From: the human T2T-CHM13v2.0 reference genome, Homo sapiens
NCBI RefSeq assembly: GCF_009914755.1
Contig: NC_060944.1
Length of the DNA stretch: 64,000 bases
Direction: 5' to 3' (one strand)
Positions within the stretch are counted from its first letter, which is position 1, and each line of letters starts with the position of its first letter. Under the pieces are notes generated by a model. That model searched no databases, was not told where the DNA came from, and saw only the letters and a program-made list of their open reading frames with translations. Shown one piece after another: positions 34,316 through 55,277 of this stretch. Both the position numbers and the translations under genes were made by a program.

Positions 34316-34664
34316 GATTAGGCTGAAGAAATTCATAAACTACCAAAATAGATTATCAAAGGAAATTGGGTAATACTGGAAAATGAGATCGTCTTGATGT
34401 TGGCCTATTTGGCAGCAGAAGAGTACACAGCCTATTTCATAAAGTTCCTTCTAGTCTTGCGACAAACAGAGGAAAGGTCCTCTCACAGAGCTGTCTTTTT
34501 ATAATGGCAATGTAGTATCAAAGAAAGGACATGGGACTCTGACAGGGTCCGACAGATCTGCTTCAAATCTTGAACCCCATGAGACCCAGCAGTGTAGTCT
34601 TGGGCAGGTCACCAAACCTCTCTGAGCTTCAAAATTCCTGGGTGTCAAATAAGGCTTCTTCTGA

Positions 34665-35180
34665 CTATCAACTGCGGTGTGAAAAACCACCCCAAACTTA
34701 GTGAAATTAAACCACCACCACTTTATTATGCTATGGATTCAGAGAGGGCATAGCAGAGATAGCTTGTCTTTGCTCCACATGTCTGAGGCCTCAGCTGGAA
34801 GACTCAAATGGCTAGAGGTGGTTGGATGTCTGGGGGCGGGAATCATCTAGAGTCTAGTCACTCATGTGGCTCATGAGCAGAGATGACTCGAGGACTGGGT
34901 TCAGCTGGCGCACCTACATGCGGCCACTCCATGTAGCTTGGGCTTCTCATAGCAGGGTGGCTGAGCTCCAAGAAGTGCTGGAGGTGAGTGTGCCAAGCAA
35001 GAGAAAGCCACATGACCTTATGTGGCCAAGCCCTGGAAGTCTCATGGCATCACTTCCATCATAGTCCGTTAGTCAAACAGTCACAGACCCGCCCAGATTC
35101 AAGGTGAGGGGACACAGATTCTACCATTTGAGGGGAAGACAGTCAAGGAATTTGTGGTTATTTTTTTTAAAGTGATCACA
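34665..35180 (-). mobile_element. MaLR LTR (MLT1 family) inserted in a MIR
   Basis: accaccccaaacttagtg motif; MIR-like sequence on both flanks. Confidence 0.6.
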
Positions 35181-35406
35181 AAGGTAATACACCTCCCTTG
35201 CAGGTTTGCTGTGAAGGCAAGAATGATGAATACAATGCTGATGCTGGGTGCACTGTAAAATGGCAGCTGTTATGTCACTATTGCTATATATTAACAGTGT
35301 ATGATTTAAGTGCACGATCTGGATGGATTAAATTGTTCTGGGACCTTTCATTCTGACTGTTAGAATTTCCAATGTGACATCTGAGCATGAGTTGTTCAGA
35401 ATTTTA

Positions 35407-35835
<429 letters not shown>

Positions 35836-35956
35836 TCAAACTTTGTGATGGACTTTCCTTAGTGAACCTCAACTATGCTCTGGAACAAGTTCCATTTTCC
35901 TCCATAACTGCTTGTTACATGTAATTAATCATAGACTATTATAGAATTTCAAAAGA

Positions 35957-36250
35957 GGCCGAGCATGGTGGCTCACGCCTGTAATCCAACACTTTGGGAG
36001 GCCGAGGCAGGTGGATCACTTGAGGTCAAAAGTTCGAGACCAGCCTGGCCAACATGGTGAAACCCTGCCTCTACTAATAATATAAAAATTAGCCGAGCAT
36101 GGTGGCGTGCACCTGTAGTCCCAGCTACTCAAGGGGCAGGAGAATCGCTTGAACACATGAGGCGGAGGTTGCAATGAGCTGAGATTGCACCACTGCACTC
36201 CAGCCTGGGCAACAGAGCAAGACTACATCTCAAAAAAAAAAAAAAAGAAA
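35957..36250 (+). mobile_element. AluS
   Basis: Dimeric Alu with an A tail. Confidence 0.9.
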
Positions 36251-36334
36251 CTTAAAAGAACATATTTTGATTGCCACACATGGGGTCTTTTCTTTTTCTA
36301 TGATTCTATCCCACCTACAATAACTTACCTAATA

Positions 36335-36635
36335 TTTTATTTTATTTATTTTGAGATGGGATCTCACTCTGTTGCCCAGGCTAGAGTACAATGGTGTGAT
36401 CATGGCTTACCACAGCCTTGACCTCCCTTGGCTCAGATGATCCTCCCACCTCAGCCGCCCACGTAGCTGGAAATTCAAGCACGCACCACAACGCCTGGCT
36501 AGTGTTTGTATTTTTTATAGAGATGGAGTTTCACCATGCTACCCAGGCTGGTCACAAACTCCTGGGCTCAAGTGATCTGCTTGCTTTAGCCTCCCAAAGT
36601 GCTAGGATTATAGGTGTGAGACACCGCACCCAGCC
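36335..36635 (-). mobile_element. AluJ
   Basis: Diverged dimeric Alu; TSD cttacctaatatttta/cttacacaatatttta. Confidence 0.88.
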
Positions 36636-38039
36636 CTTACACAATATTTTAAATGTACCATTTGGGGCTTGCCAAACGTGTACACCCCAATCAATATATA
36701 AAACATTTCCATCACTCTAAAAAGTTCTCTTGGGTCCCTTTCCAGTCTGCACAGGGTTTAAGACACATTTGAATTAGTTGCCACCATTTAAAACTTGAGA
36801 GATTTCACGTGAGTCTGATGCCCGGTTTCTCATATGCAGGCGGAAGACGCAGGGGCACTGGGCTCACCTTCCCACACAGGCTGACCACCTGAGGCCAAGG
36901 AGCAGCTGGCTGCTTTGGACAGGGCACAGGCTCTCCAGCCAGCCACAGCCCCTGCTGTGCCCTGTGGCCACTTGACTCTGCAAACCCACATTGGATCCCA
37001 CCAACAAATGAAGACACTAAGCTGAAAGCAATCAGAGGGATTTTCCAAGGTCATGCAGCATGGTTCAGTGGAAAGAGAACATAATTTGGAGTTCAGACAA
37101 GCCTGCGTTTAAATCCTAAATCTACCATTTATTAGCTTAGTGATGTTGAGCCAGACACTTAAATCTCCCTAAGCCTTACTTTTCTTACCTAATAAAATGG
37201 AACTAATACCCCCTACCTCATGTGTTATTGTGACAAGAGAACCTAAGTGTTCTTACTTGGGTTCCCCTGAAAGCAGAACCTGAGATAAAGACTTAGGACA
37301 GGTGGTTTCTTTGGAAGGTGACCGTGGGACATGCAAATGATGGCGTATAAAGAGCAGGACAAGGAAGGGAAGGAAGAACGAATGTGTTAAAAACTAGTTA
37401 ATACCCTGGGCAACTGGGGCCCGATCTTGCTGGGGATATGAGGGACCATGGAGAACATGTCTCACAGTTGTCTGCTGAAGGACAGAGAAGCTAGGGGATC
37501 TGCTCCCCGGCTCCCTTGCCCATGAGTGAGGGCAGCCCAAGTAGTGTCAACTCCCAGTGCTTCAGGGTTGCACCTGTGTACGGATAGGCAGCCTTCTCCT
37601 GCTCTGAAGTTGGAGGCAGCAAAGTCAAGAGAGATAAAATTATTTAAATAAAACAGTGAGAGAGAGAATGGGGCACATTTGATGAGGCATGCTAGCAATG
37701 ATGGGTGAAACCATCCACCACAGCTGCACTGAAAACAAGCAGGCTGAGATCTGGCTTGGGGCATCTGGAGAGTCCACTATGAGTAATCGAGACAACACTA
37801 GAGATCATACTGAGCCTAGTGCACTGTTTGACACAAAGTAGCCATTTATCCCACAAATATTTACTGGGCACCTACTATTGGTCATGTACTATTCTAGGGC
37901 TAGGATACAGAAGTGAACAGAGTTCTTGCCCTCAAGGATCTTACATTCTTAGTGGACACAGATAATATGAAAATAAATAAATACGTATGTAGGAGTATGT
38001 TTAAAATGAGGTTCTGACTGAGAAGCTACAATACAATAG

Positions 38040-38342
<303 letters not shown>

Positions 38343-38499
38343 TAGATGTATATTTCTAAAATGAAATCTCAACTCTCAAAAAAGCACTGAGTAAGGACCT
38401 TGTGAGGAAGTCCTTTGGAAAGGGTCATTGTAAGACTGTGAGTCCCCAGGCTGAACGAGGGAATTCAAAGGGACTAGTTTCTGCTACAGGAAACTGAAA

Positions 38500-39090
38500 A
38501 CCTATTTCTATTATCCACTGCTACCAAACAAAACACCCCAAAACTTAGTGGTTTAAAACATCAACCACTTTACTGCCCATACTTCTGTGGGTCAAGAATA
38601 TGGTCAATGCTCTGCAGGGACGGTTCATCTCTGCTCCACATGGTGTCAGTTGAGCCATCTCAAATAGGGCTATGGGATCCAAGATTATTTCATCCACAAG
38701 GCTAAGGCCTCAGCGAAGATGGCACAAACTACTGGGAGCTGTCTGGGATGGCTCAGCCTTCACCTGCACTCATTCAAATGTCTGGAGTCTTTGGGTTGGG
38801 TGCTGGCTCAGGTGCTCTGTTCTTCTTCATGTGGCATCTCTTCTAATTCAGTAATCTATACTGAACTTCTTTACACAGTGCTGACTTCCTAGAGAGTTAA
38901 GTGGAAGCTTTCAGCTCTCGTAAGGCCTAGGCCCAGAACTATCACGGTGTCTCTTCTATCACTCTCTATGTCAAAGCAAGTCACAAGGTCAGTCCAGATT
39001 CCAAAGGAAGAGAAACAGCCTCTTCCTCCTAAGGACAGGAGGGATGTGAGGAGTGATTCTGGTCATCTCTGCAGACAATCTACCACAGGT
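38500..39090 (-). mobile_element. MaLR LTR (MLT1 family)
   Basis: caccccaaaacttagtggtttaaaaca motif. Confidence 0.6.
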
Positions 39091-39244
39091 CTGATACCAC
39101 ATTTATATCTGGAAGACTTCAGTCAGACTGTGGGCTGGGTTTTGACTCCCACTAAGGACATCCAGAGGGCAAAGAAGATCTGGGAATGACCAACTTCTGG
39201 CATGGCAGCCTAGGGATTTGAGTGGACCTACTCCCCAGTAAAAT

Positions 39245-39939
39245 TGTTAGAGTAGGTAGCTAGGGAGACATGAGCGGGGCAGGAAAGGCTCCCCCAACCC
39301 CCAGAAATGTCAGGTGACCATCAGGTGATGGTCAGGCAGTTGTTAAACTTTCTCTAAAATAACAATTGGCTGCAGCTGGTGCCAGGGGACAGCGGTCTCC
39401 CAATAGATAGAAGACACCTGAAGCTGGTGATCAGCAGCTTCCCGATGAGATCTCAGGAGTTGGACGAGTGGGATCAGGCATGTGCACTAAGAAGAAAAAT
39501 GGCAGAGTTTAACTGGTACATGACCTTTCTCTAGGAACACTCAATGGATAAGGGAATGCCTCAAGTGAGCATGCACACAACTTCCATAAACATACGGTGC
39601 ATGTGGTCCCTCCCAAGTACTGGCAGGCCACTGAACATGGGGACAGCCCACCAAGAGGAATCAGGGTAGAAGTAATGCAAACTCTGGAAACATGCCAATG
39701 TATAAGCCCCACATTAAGGGCTGAACAGCACACTTGAATCTCTCAAGTCACCCGCTTGGCCTTCTTCAAAGTGTACTTCCTTTCGTTCCTGCTCTAAAAC
39801 TTTTCAATAAACTTTCACTCCTGCTCTAAAACTTGCCTCAGTCTCTCACTCTGCCTCATGCCTCTCGGCCAAATTCTTTCCTTCTTGGAAGCAAGAACTG
39901 AGGTTGCTGCAGACCTGTAAGAATTTGCCACTGCAAACA
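39245..39939 (+). mobile_element. MER50-like ERV1 solo LTR
   Basis: TG...CA ends (tgttagagtaggtag...gcaaaca); 4-bp TSD aaat/aaac; TATAA near 39701 and AATAAA near 39806. Confidence 0.8.
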
Positions 39940-40808
39940 AAACTATTTTAAAAAACAGCAAAATCCATCACAAGTACTTTAGAGCCATCTAGAAATGGTT
40001 CTAAAGCCATACAGAAAATAAACATTTAATGAAAATATACCAAAACTCAGAATCATGAGAGTCTGTGGTGTTTGAACCATGGGCCACTCCCTTCCACATG
40101 TTCTCAGCTCCACTCCATATAGGTGCAGATGAGTACACAGGGCTCCCTCTCCTCAGAGTTCCCAAAGGGGTGTAGTATCTTCCGAGGAAGGACAGGGACT
40201 TCAGTATTTCTCATCCTGTCCCAATTGCCCTTTGCACAGGCTAAGTTCTGGCCAAGTGTGGTCAAGAGATGGGGGCTCCCTTTCTCTGCTCAGTTACCAC
40301 TCATGGGATAGATGTTCTACCTTTGATCTGGGACACTGAGAATACTGGGGTCCAGACCACCTATTCCTGGATCATTCAGCACAAGTCCAATGTTGGGAGA
40401 AGCAAGTCATGAAGAACAAAGGCTACAGCTGCACATGCTCTGTTGCTTACCCAGCCCCTAAAGCAATGGTGCCACATTGAAAAAACATGCCATTGTCTCC
40501 ATCCAGAGCATTGGCTCAGAGATTTTGCCCAGGGGAAGAGGCAGGTCAAAAAACAGAGTTCAGAATCTCTCCCCAAAGAAACAGACTTCATTTGTAACAA
40601 AGTGTGGGAAAGTTCAAGCCTAAGGCTGCTTTCAAAACAATGGAGGGTGTGTTAAAAAGCAGTTAAAAGAAGACTAGAAGATTCATTAGAGATGTGAGCT
40701 AAATAGGCCAGCCAGTTTACTCAGATCAGAGAAATAAACAGCTAAGAAGAGCCCTCCTGAGGTAAGAAAAATATTCAAACACTGACCTAAAAAACAATCC
40801 CTGTAAAG

Positions 40809-41339
<531 letters not shown>

Positions 41340-42720
41340 CTGTAAAGGATGCCAAATTTAATTAAACCAGTCCGTGAAGCAATTTATGCCCCAGGTCATG
41401 GTTGAAAACAATACAGGAATCATCCAACAATAAGCACAGCTTAACGGCTAGGTGTGGTCAGGAAAGAGACAAAGAGAGCCCTGCCAAACCACCATCATCC
41501 TGTGGTGACAGGGTGCATGCCAAGGCTACACTCTCCATGGAGTCACATCAGAAGCTTCATACTGTGGGGGTGAAATAGAGTTCACTAAAATGAACAGACA
41601 AACAGACAAACAAATAACAATAACAAGCCTGGAAGATAGGTCAGTACCCAGAGTTGATACAATATATTATCTAACACATCCAGTTTCCAACAAAAAAATC
41701 ATGAGACATGCAAAGAAACAGGAAACTCTGACCCAAACACGGGGAAAAAACATGCAACAGAAACTGCCTGTGATAGCAACTAGAGTTGAAGATTTAAGAC
41801 TTCAAAGCAGCCATTATAAATATGCTCAAGGAACTAAAGGAAATCATGCTTAAAAGGAGTAAAAGAAGAGCCAGGAGTAGTGGAATGTACATGTAGTCCC
41901 TGCAACTCGAGAGGCTGAGATGAAAAGATCTCTTGAGCCCAAGATTTGGAGGCTGCAGTCAGCTATAATTGCACCACTGCACTCCAGCCTGGGTGACAGA
42001 GCAAGACCTTGACTCTTAGAAAAAAAAAAAATAGAAGAAATTATGATGCATTTCAGAAGGCTGAGGTGGGAGGATTGCTTGAGGCCAGGAGTTTGAGACC
42101 AGCCTGGGCAATATAGTGAGACCCCATCTCTACAAAAATTTTTTTTTAATTAGCCAAGCATGATGGTGTGCACCTTTAGTCCCAGTTGCTTGGGAGGCTG
42201 AGGCAGGAGCATTGCTCAAGCCCAGGAGTTTGAGATTGCAGTGAGCTGTGATTTGTATCATTGCACTCCAGCCTGGGTAACAGAGCAAGACTCTGCCTAT
42301 AAAAAATAAAAATAAAAAAAGAAGGAAGAATTCTTCCTGAAATAAGAGAATATAAATAAACACATGAAAGGAAAACCAAATAAGAATATGTAGCAGAAAA
42401 GTACAATAACTAAAATAGATAATTCACAAGAGGCGCTCAACAGTAAATGTGAAGTAGGATAAAAAAGAATTAGCAAACTGAAAAATAGGTCAATAGATAT
42501 TATACAACGTAAAAAAAAGAGAGAAAAAGGAATGAAGAAAAATGAACAGAGCCTAAGAGACCCATTGGAAGCTATTGAGCATGCCAACATCTACATGAGA
42601 ATCCCAGAAGGAGAAGAGACAGAGAAATGGGACAGAAAAAAATATTTGAAGAGATGATTGCCAAACCCTTCCCAAATTTTATAAAAGACATGAATTTATA
42701 CATCCAAGAAGCTCAAAAAG

Positions 42721-46293
<3,573 letters not shown>

Positions 46294-46652
46294 AAGAAGC
46301 TCAACAAGTTTCAAGTAGGATAAACCCAAAGAGATCCACAGCGAGACACATTATCAAACTGTTGAAAGAATATGACAAGAAGAGAATCTTGAAAGAAGCA
46401 AGAGAGAGGTGATTCCTAAGGTTCAAGGGATCCCCAGTATATTAACAGCAGAACTCTCATCAGAAATAACGGAGGCCAGAAGACAGTAGATCAACGTATT
46501 CAAAGTGTTCAAAGAAAACAACTGTAAAGCAAGAATCTTATAGCTAGTAGAGTTTAACAAAAACAGAGAATTCATTGCTAGCAAATCCACCTTATAAGAA
46601 TACTTATGAAGTTCTTTAGGCTGAAAGCACATGACCCTAGAGAGTAATATGA

Positions 46653-46654
<2 letters not shown>

Positions 46655-46685
<31 letters not shown>

Positions 46686-46707
46686 ACCACCACCACCATC
46701 ACCACCA
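46655..46707 (+). repeat. Compound (CA)n-(CAC)n microsatellite
   Basis: About 14 CA units followed by about 8 CAC units. Confidence 0.9.
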
Positions 46708-46982
46708 GTAAAGGTAATTATGTAATTATAAAAGACATTATAAATGCATATTTCTTTTCCCTTCTTCTCAACAGATTCAAAAAGAGAGTATGTAAAACAA
46801 TATGAATATGAATATAATTATACAGTTTGGCCTATAACATATAGAAATAAGATATATTGACCAATAACAACACAAAGAAGGTGGGTGAGGCCAGGCGTGG
46901 TGGCTCACGCCTGTAATCCTAGCACTTCGGGAGGCCAAGGCGGGTGGATCACGAGGTCAGGCGATCGAGACTATTCTGGCTA

Positions 46983-47177
<195 letters not shown>

Positions 47178-48821
47178 TCATTGGGCTTAGGAAATAATCC
47201 AAAGGAATAAATTAAGAGAACTATAAATGGGGGAAAAGAAGGCTAATATAACAAAAGCCATAAATAATAGTTCTTTTTTTAAAAGACATCATGTTATAAC
47301 TAATAATTGTAACAGTGTTTTGAGAGTTTATAACATATATGTAAACATAAACATAATGTTATATTAGAAAATAATGCCACAAAAGTTGGGAAGAGGGAAT
47401 TGAATTATAGGGGTAGAATTTATATATTTCATTGGAATTAATTTAGTATAAACTTGAAGTATAGTCTGTTAAGATGTATGAGGAAAACCCTATAGTAACC
47501 ACTAAGGAAATAACTCAAAGTATGTAGTGAAAAAGTCATTAAATAAATCAAAATGTTACACTGGAAAATATGCAATGCAAAAGAAAGCAGTAAAGGAGCA
47601 ACAGAGGAACAAAAAAGGCATTTAGAAACATTTGGAAAACAAAAAGCAAAATGATACGTCCAACTTTATCAATAATAACATTAAATGTAGATGGATGAAA
47701 CAATCCAATTTAAAAAAAAAACAAACAGGGATTGTCAGAATGGACAAAAAACCCTGATTCATGGTGCTGGACACAGGGGCTTATGCCTGTAATCCTAGCA
47801 CTCTGGAAGGCTAAGGTGGGAGGCTTCCTTGACACCTAGAGTTTGAGACCGGCAACACTGGCAACACAGTGTCACCCCATCTCTACAAAAACGTTTAAAA
47901 ATTATCCAGGTGTGGTGGCTTGTGCCTGTGCTCCCAGCTACTCAGTAGATTGAGGGAAGAGGATCACTTGAACCCAGGAGGTCAAGGCTGCAGTGTGCCA
48001 TGATTGTGCCACCGCACTCCAGCCTGGGTGACAAAGTGAGATCCTATCTCAAAAGAAAGAAAGAAAGAAAATGAAGGTACACCAAACTTATGGGACGCAG
48101 TGAAAGCAAAGCTCAAACAGAAATTTATAGCAGCAAATGTTCACATTCTGAAGAAAGATCTCAAAATCATCACCCTAATCTTTGACCTTAAACGAGGAAA
48201 AGAAGAGCAAAGTCAACTTAAAGTAAGAAGAAAGAAGGAAATCATGATGAGAGTGGAATTTAGTGAAATACAGAATATAAAAATAATAGAAAATCAATAA
48301 AACCAAAAGTTGGTTCTTGGAAAAGATCAATGAAATTGATAAACCTTTAGTAAGATTGACCAAAAAAAGTGACATCTCAAGTTACTAGAATTAGAAATGA
48401 AATAGGAGATGTTATCACCAACTTTATTGAAATAAAAAAGATTATAAAAGAGTATCACAAACAACTGTATGCTAATAAATTAATCAGATGAAATAGATAA
48501 ATATCTGGAAAAACACAAACTACCAAAACTGATTCAACAAGAAATAGAAAATCTGAACAGACCTATAAAAAGTAAAGAGTAATCAGAATTGCCCACTAGA
48601 CAAACATCAGATCCAGATAGCTTCACAGGTAATTTACCAAAATTTAAATAATAGTTAATACCAATTCTTCATAACCACTTCAAAAAAAAAGAAGTGTTTC
48701 TATAAGGCTACCATTATCCTGATACCAAAATCAGACAGACAGTAGAAGGAAAGAAGAAAACTGCAGACTAATATCTCTTATAAATATAGACACAAAAGTC
48801 TTCAAGAAAATACTAGCAAAC

Positions 48822-49200
48822 TGTCTTAGTCCATTTGTGCTGCTATAAACAAAATACTTGAGACTGGGTAATTTATAAAGAACAGGAATTTATTTCTCAC
48901 ATTCTGGAAGCTAGAAGTCCAAAATAAAGGTCCCTGCAGGTTAGGTGTCTGGGGAGGGCCTGGTCTCTCTGCTTCCAAAATGGTGCCTCGTTGCTGCATC
49001 CTCCAAAGGAGGGCAACGTTGTGTCCTCACATGGAGGGAGGGCCAAAGGACAAAAAGGGGCCTTAACTCATTCCCTCCAGCCCTTTCATAAGGCACTGAT
49101 CTATTCATGAGGGCTCCATCCTCATGATCAATTTCCAAAACGTCCCGCCACTTAATACCACCACAATAGAGATTAAATTTCAAAATGAAATTTGAAGCAT
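48822..49200 (-). mobile_element. MST-family MaLR LTR
   Basis: tgtcttagtccatttgtgctgctataa..gagactgggtaatttataaagaaca motif. Confidence 0.75.
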
Positions 49201-49518
49201 GTAGCTGGGACCACAGGCATGCACCACCACAAATGACTGCTTTAAAAAAAAAATTGTAGAGACAGGGTCTCACTTTGTTGGCCAGACTAGACTCAAGAGA
49301 TCCTCCAGCCTTGGCCTCCCAAAGTGCTGGGATTGCAGGCATGAGTCACCACAACTGGCCCAAATTATAGACTTAAAAATAGTCAAAATGGTGAATTTTA
49401 TGTTATTTAAATTTTACAATTAAAAAAAGGGATAATGGCAGATAGCAATAGCACTGTGCACTAACAACATGCCGTCACGACAAAAGAAACCCACATGCGC
49501 CATGTGACTGAGGAACTA

Positions 49519-49953
<435 letters not shown>

Positions 49954-50599
49954 CTATGCGTGAGGCAGAAGACATTTTTAAAATTAGAATATAATTTAAT
50001 CAATCTTGCATTTTACTTATAGAAAACAACTCTAATCAGAATAAAAAGTATCTCAAGAAAAGTGTACTTGGAACTAATAGGGTTTTCCAGCCTTTGCCTC
50101 ATCTTCCTTGCTCCTGTCTTTCTCAGCAACTTCCAGCCTGATCCAGGATTAGCCATTTATTATCTAAAAGTCAGCAAATCAAGGGGTGTTTGCCGGCCTG
50201 CTTGATGCCTGGAAGATATCTATCCTTTTCAGCTCTGTAATCCAATAGAGCATAGACTTCACTACTAATCCACACTCAGCCACTGGTCACCAACATTTTC
50301 TCTAACATACTTTCCTGCATCTAAACCTGGGGACCTGAGAGGACTACCATGAAAGGTTGTGCGTTGCACAACGTCACTGCATTCAAAGTAGTACCATTCA
50401 TATGGTGAACATCATATATTTGCATATGTATTAGGGTAATTTTTCTAGTAGAGAAACCAGTATATTACAAGCAATTTCCAATAGATGGCAGTCAAGTGTC
50501 TTGAGAAAAGAACACCTTTGTTTCATTTGCACAAAGGAATAAGGGCTAGTGGCAGTTTAGGATTTAAATCTTTCAAACTGGGTTAAGAAAGCCATGAAC

Positions 50600-50890
50600 G
50601 GCTGGGCATGGTGGCTCATGCCTGTAATCTCAGCACTTTGGGAGGCCACGGTGGGTGGATCACGAGGTAAGGAGTTCGAGATCAGCCCGACCAACATGGT
50701 GAAACCCCATCTCTACTAAAAATACAAAAATTAGCCGGGCATGGTGGCACGGGCCTGTAATCCTAGCTACTCAGGAGACTGAGGCAGAAGAATTGCTTGA
50801 ACCTGGGAGGCAGAGGTTGCAGTGAGCCAAAATTGCACCATTGCACTCCAGCCTGAGCAACACAGCGAGACTCTGTCTCAAAAAAAAAAG
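50600..50890 (+). mobile_element. AluS
   Basis: Dimeric Alu; TSD-like gccatgaac/gtcatgaac. Confidence 0.9.
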
Positions 50891-51432
50891 GTCATGAACT
50901 CCCTAAAACTGCATACAAAGTGCTGAGTGTATCCTCTAATAATGATCAATCTTTAACTTCTTATAATAAAGAGATAAGAAGAAACATGGAAAGTCTTTAT
51001 CCAGCTTAGAGAAATGTATAAAATTATAAAAATCTAACACAAAGCCAGTTGTTAGAGCTTAAGTACTTCTGAAAATAACCTGGTGAGATTTGTCCTCAAA
51101 CTATGCCCAGCTGTTATAAATTACAAAAGCAATCTTATATACCCTAAGCTTTCTAAAATATAAAAAAGGGGAAGGAAAAGTTCTCAGAATGCTACATAAG
51201 AAATTCAAGAGAAGTGCATTCTGTCTCATGTATTTTAAAGCCACTAAAGTGGCATTATGTCTACGGCCTTGCAAATGCAATTAAAATCTAAATTGACTGC
51301 ATTTATTTACACACCTAGTTGAAATTCCATGTGAAAGTTCTAAAAGTTTTGGGTCTCTTCCCCGGGTTGATTCACAGGGTGGAGCACACACATTCAGAGT
51401 TACAGCCTCTTCCTGGGTACCAGTTCTTACTA

Positions 51433-51612
<180 letters not shown>

Positions 51613-52300
51613 CTAGAGGATAGAAAATATCTTGATGAATATTAGAGTTATAATTTCCTCATGTAAATTATTCTCATACCATACAAATTAACATATGCCC
51701 AGACTCTCTGACCCAGCCATTCTACCTTCCAGAATTTATCCTACAGATGGACAAGTACAGAAAGAAGTGTACTCCAGGTCAACCCCTAAAACACTGTGGT
51801 TTTAAAAGAAATCACTGAAAACAACACACATGTCCAGCAATAGGGATGGTCTAAATATAACACAGTACATACATACAAACAATGGATTATGAAGTCACTG
51901 AAAAGAATGAGGAGGTTACTAACAAGACACCTTGCTAGGTGAAAATAATTGGGTCAGTGTTCATAGCACCAGTTTACTTATACATGCATTGAATAGCTGA
52001 AAGAACATCTCAAGAACTGGATCTGAGCAATTGCTTCTGAGAGGAGAACTGTGGGACTTAGAGAGAGAGGAGACTAACCCTTCACTCTAAAACTTTTTTG
52101 TTATTTGCATGCGATACTTAAATAAATACATAGTCTTGAGTGTTTTATTATAAAGGCAGGCAGACATAATTCATTTTAAAAAATGCCAGTAGTCAATAAA
52201 CGAGTGAAAAGGTTTAACCTCAAAGAAATGCAAGTCAAAACAGTCATCAGAGATGGCTCTCAATGTAAGATAATTAATTATCTCTATCTCCAGATTCTTA

Positions 52301-52612
<312 letters not shown>

Positions 52613-54902
52613 TCAAAAAAGATAAAAAATTCCCAGACAAGATGAGCCCCGGAAATAGTGTTTTTTTTGTTTTGTTGTTTTGTTTTTTTCCCAAAGGAGT
52701 ACAGCTATGATGAGTTTCACCAATTAATAAATTAGTACATAGAGCTCACATTCCTTCATGGAGATAACAGAAAGTCAATGAAACTGGTACCTTGCACATC
52801 TTAATATTTTTCAATATCTTTAATATCAGGGATAGCAAGCCCTACTGTTGATTTAACAGAACAATATTAATGAAGGAAGAAGAGAGCTAAGCTACCTGAG
52901 CGGTCATGATTGAGGCTTATCTTCTATCCTTTGGAGTTTTGGTTTCCATAGAAAAATGTGACTTCATTTCCCATTCTTGACACATGAGAACAATTATTTT
53001 ATATTGGGGACAGAGGCAGAATTGTTTTGTGAGAATTCCTGGGACTATGTTAGGTAAACCTATATTTGAATCTGTTGCTTCCTCACTATTGCCTGGTAGG
53101 AGACTTGCTCACTTCCCAAATGGGAGTGACAGCACAGTGGCTGCTACCTGACCACCCACCATGTGCAGGCTCCATTCCCACACTGCCCTGCACCCTCACG
53201 TCAGTCCCACTGTAGACCTGGGAGGTGGGTGCTGTCATTGTCCCCATCTTACAGAGGGAGAGCTTGGGGACACAGAGAGGGTGAGATGCACGATTAGAGC
53301 CATCTGACTCTAAAGCCTGGCTTCTCTCCCTGACTCCATACAGCCCCTTCAATACAATAGCTTACTCCCAGGTCTGTAGGGAGTTTCAGACGATTACCCA
53401 CAGTTAAGTGGATAGGAATGCTTAGCACAGGGCCAAGCTCCACCGGCCAGCTTCCTTCCGGTCCCACCTTCCTTTCCACTAGACCCTGATTTCTTCAGGA
53501 GAAAGGACTATAATTTCACTTTTATTCCCCGCACTAGGACAGTCCTGGTACCTTGGCACATGGGAGTCATTCAAAAGGTTTTACTGAGTCAATGAATGAC
53601 TGATTCAATTGGTAACTGAATGTGTATTACCACATATGCCAGGCACAATACTAAGAACACGCACACCAGGGAAAACATTTGCTAAGGGCACTTTTCCCTA
53701 AAGACACACATTTTAGTTCACTCTATCTGCCCAGCTCTATCCCGTTTTGCTTCAGGGACCGCTCTGTTATCTAGAATAGAAACCTACTCAAGAGAGGCCA
53801 CATCAGCCCCCAGCATTCACAGACACCCGAGAACAGAGGGCCTCTTTGTGTGCGCTTGCCTTCATTTCTGTGCAATTAGAGGGAAACTCCTTCAGGTAAA
53901 TCAAAGAGAAATTCTCTGCAAACTTTTGCTTCAGAACTTACATTTCAATTATCCTATTCTTAAAACAGGATTTTGGCATAAAGGTTGCTGACCTTGGTTT
54001 CTAAATACAAAGCCTTCAGACTTTTCATTGAAATGTACTGACTGTTCAAGTGGCTTTTAAACATAACATTGCTTTAAAGAAAGAAAAGTTATCTTTCTGG
54101 TAGTCTTACTGATCAAAAAAACAAAAAAAAACAAAAAAAAAAAAAAGAAGAGAAAGAAAAGTTATCTTACCCCATCATATTAATGCTGCTAAACAAAGAA
54201 AAGACATAAAGCTATCAGAATGAACATGCATTGTTACTTCTATGGACTACAGAGATAAGTATTATCCTGTGGCATCTAAGCTCTGATATACCATTCAGAT
54301 AGAAATACAATTTTTAGAACAAATTCAATTTTGGGATTGTTCTGAAAATAGTTTTGTTGATAGATGAGACCCAGAAACAGTTACATCACTGACAGTTAAC
54401 AAAATCAATTTAAATGGTTTTATTATTTACATAAGAAGTCCTGAATGCCTGAGGAAAGGATGTCTGAGAAAATCTTTTGCTGGCAATTTACTGAAATCTA
54501 TCTGTAAGAATATTTCAAGAATTCCAGAAGTTCCACTGTTTTCTATTTTTATGCTTTCCCAATCTCACTATTACTCTCTCTGGTGCCTTGGAAAAAATTA
54601 TAGAGTGTCATTTTATGATGAGAGAGTGATATCAAGTCTAAAACCACATTAATAGACAACTCTCAACAAAAGAGAACCCTAAAATTACATCAGCTTTGAT
54701 GTGGAAATAGATGTGTTTTCTGATGAAATTCAACACCTCATTAGTTTGTTTTTAGTCTCAGTTCTGAAAAAGAAACACATCGTATGTAACAGAAATCATC
54801 TTTTTTTAAAAAAACCTACAGATTTTTCCTTCTGGTAATGATAGCATAAGACCATAATAAATGACTCCCACACAAAAAACAACTATAAAATCTGCTGATA
54901 AT

Positions 54903-55277
<375 letters not shown>

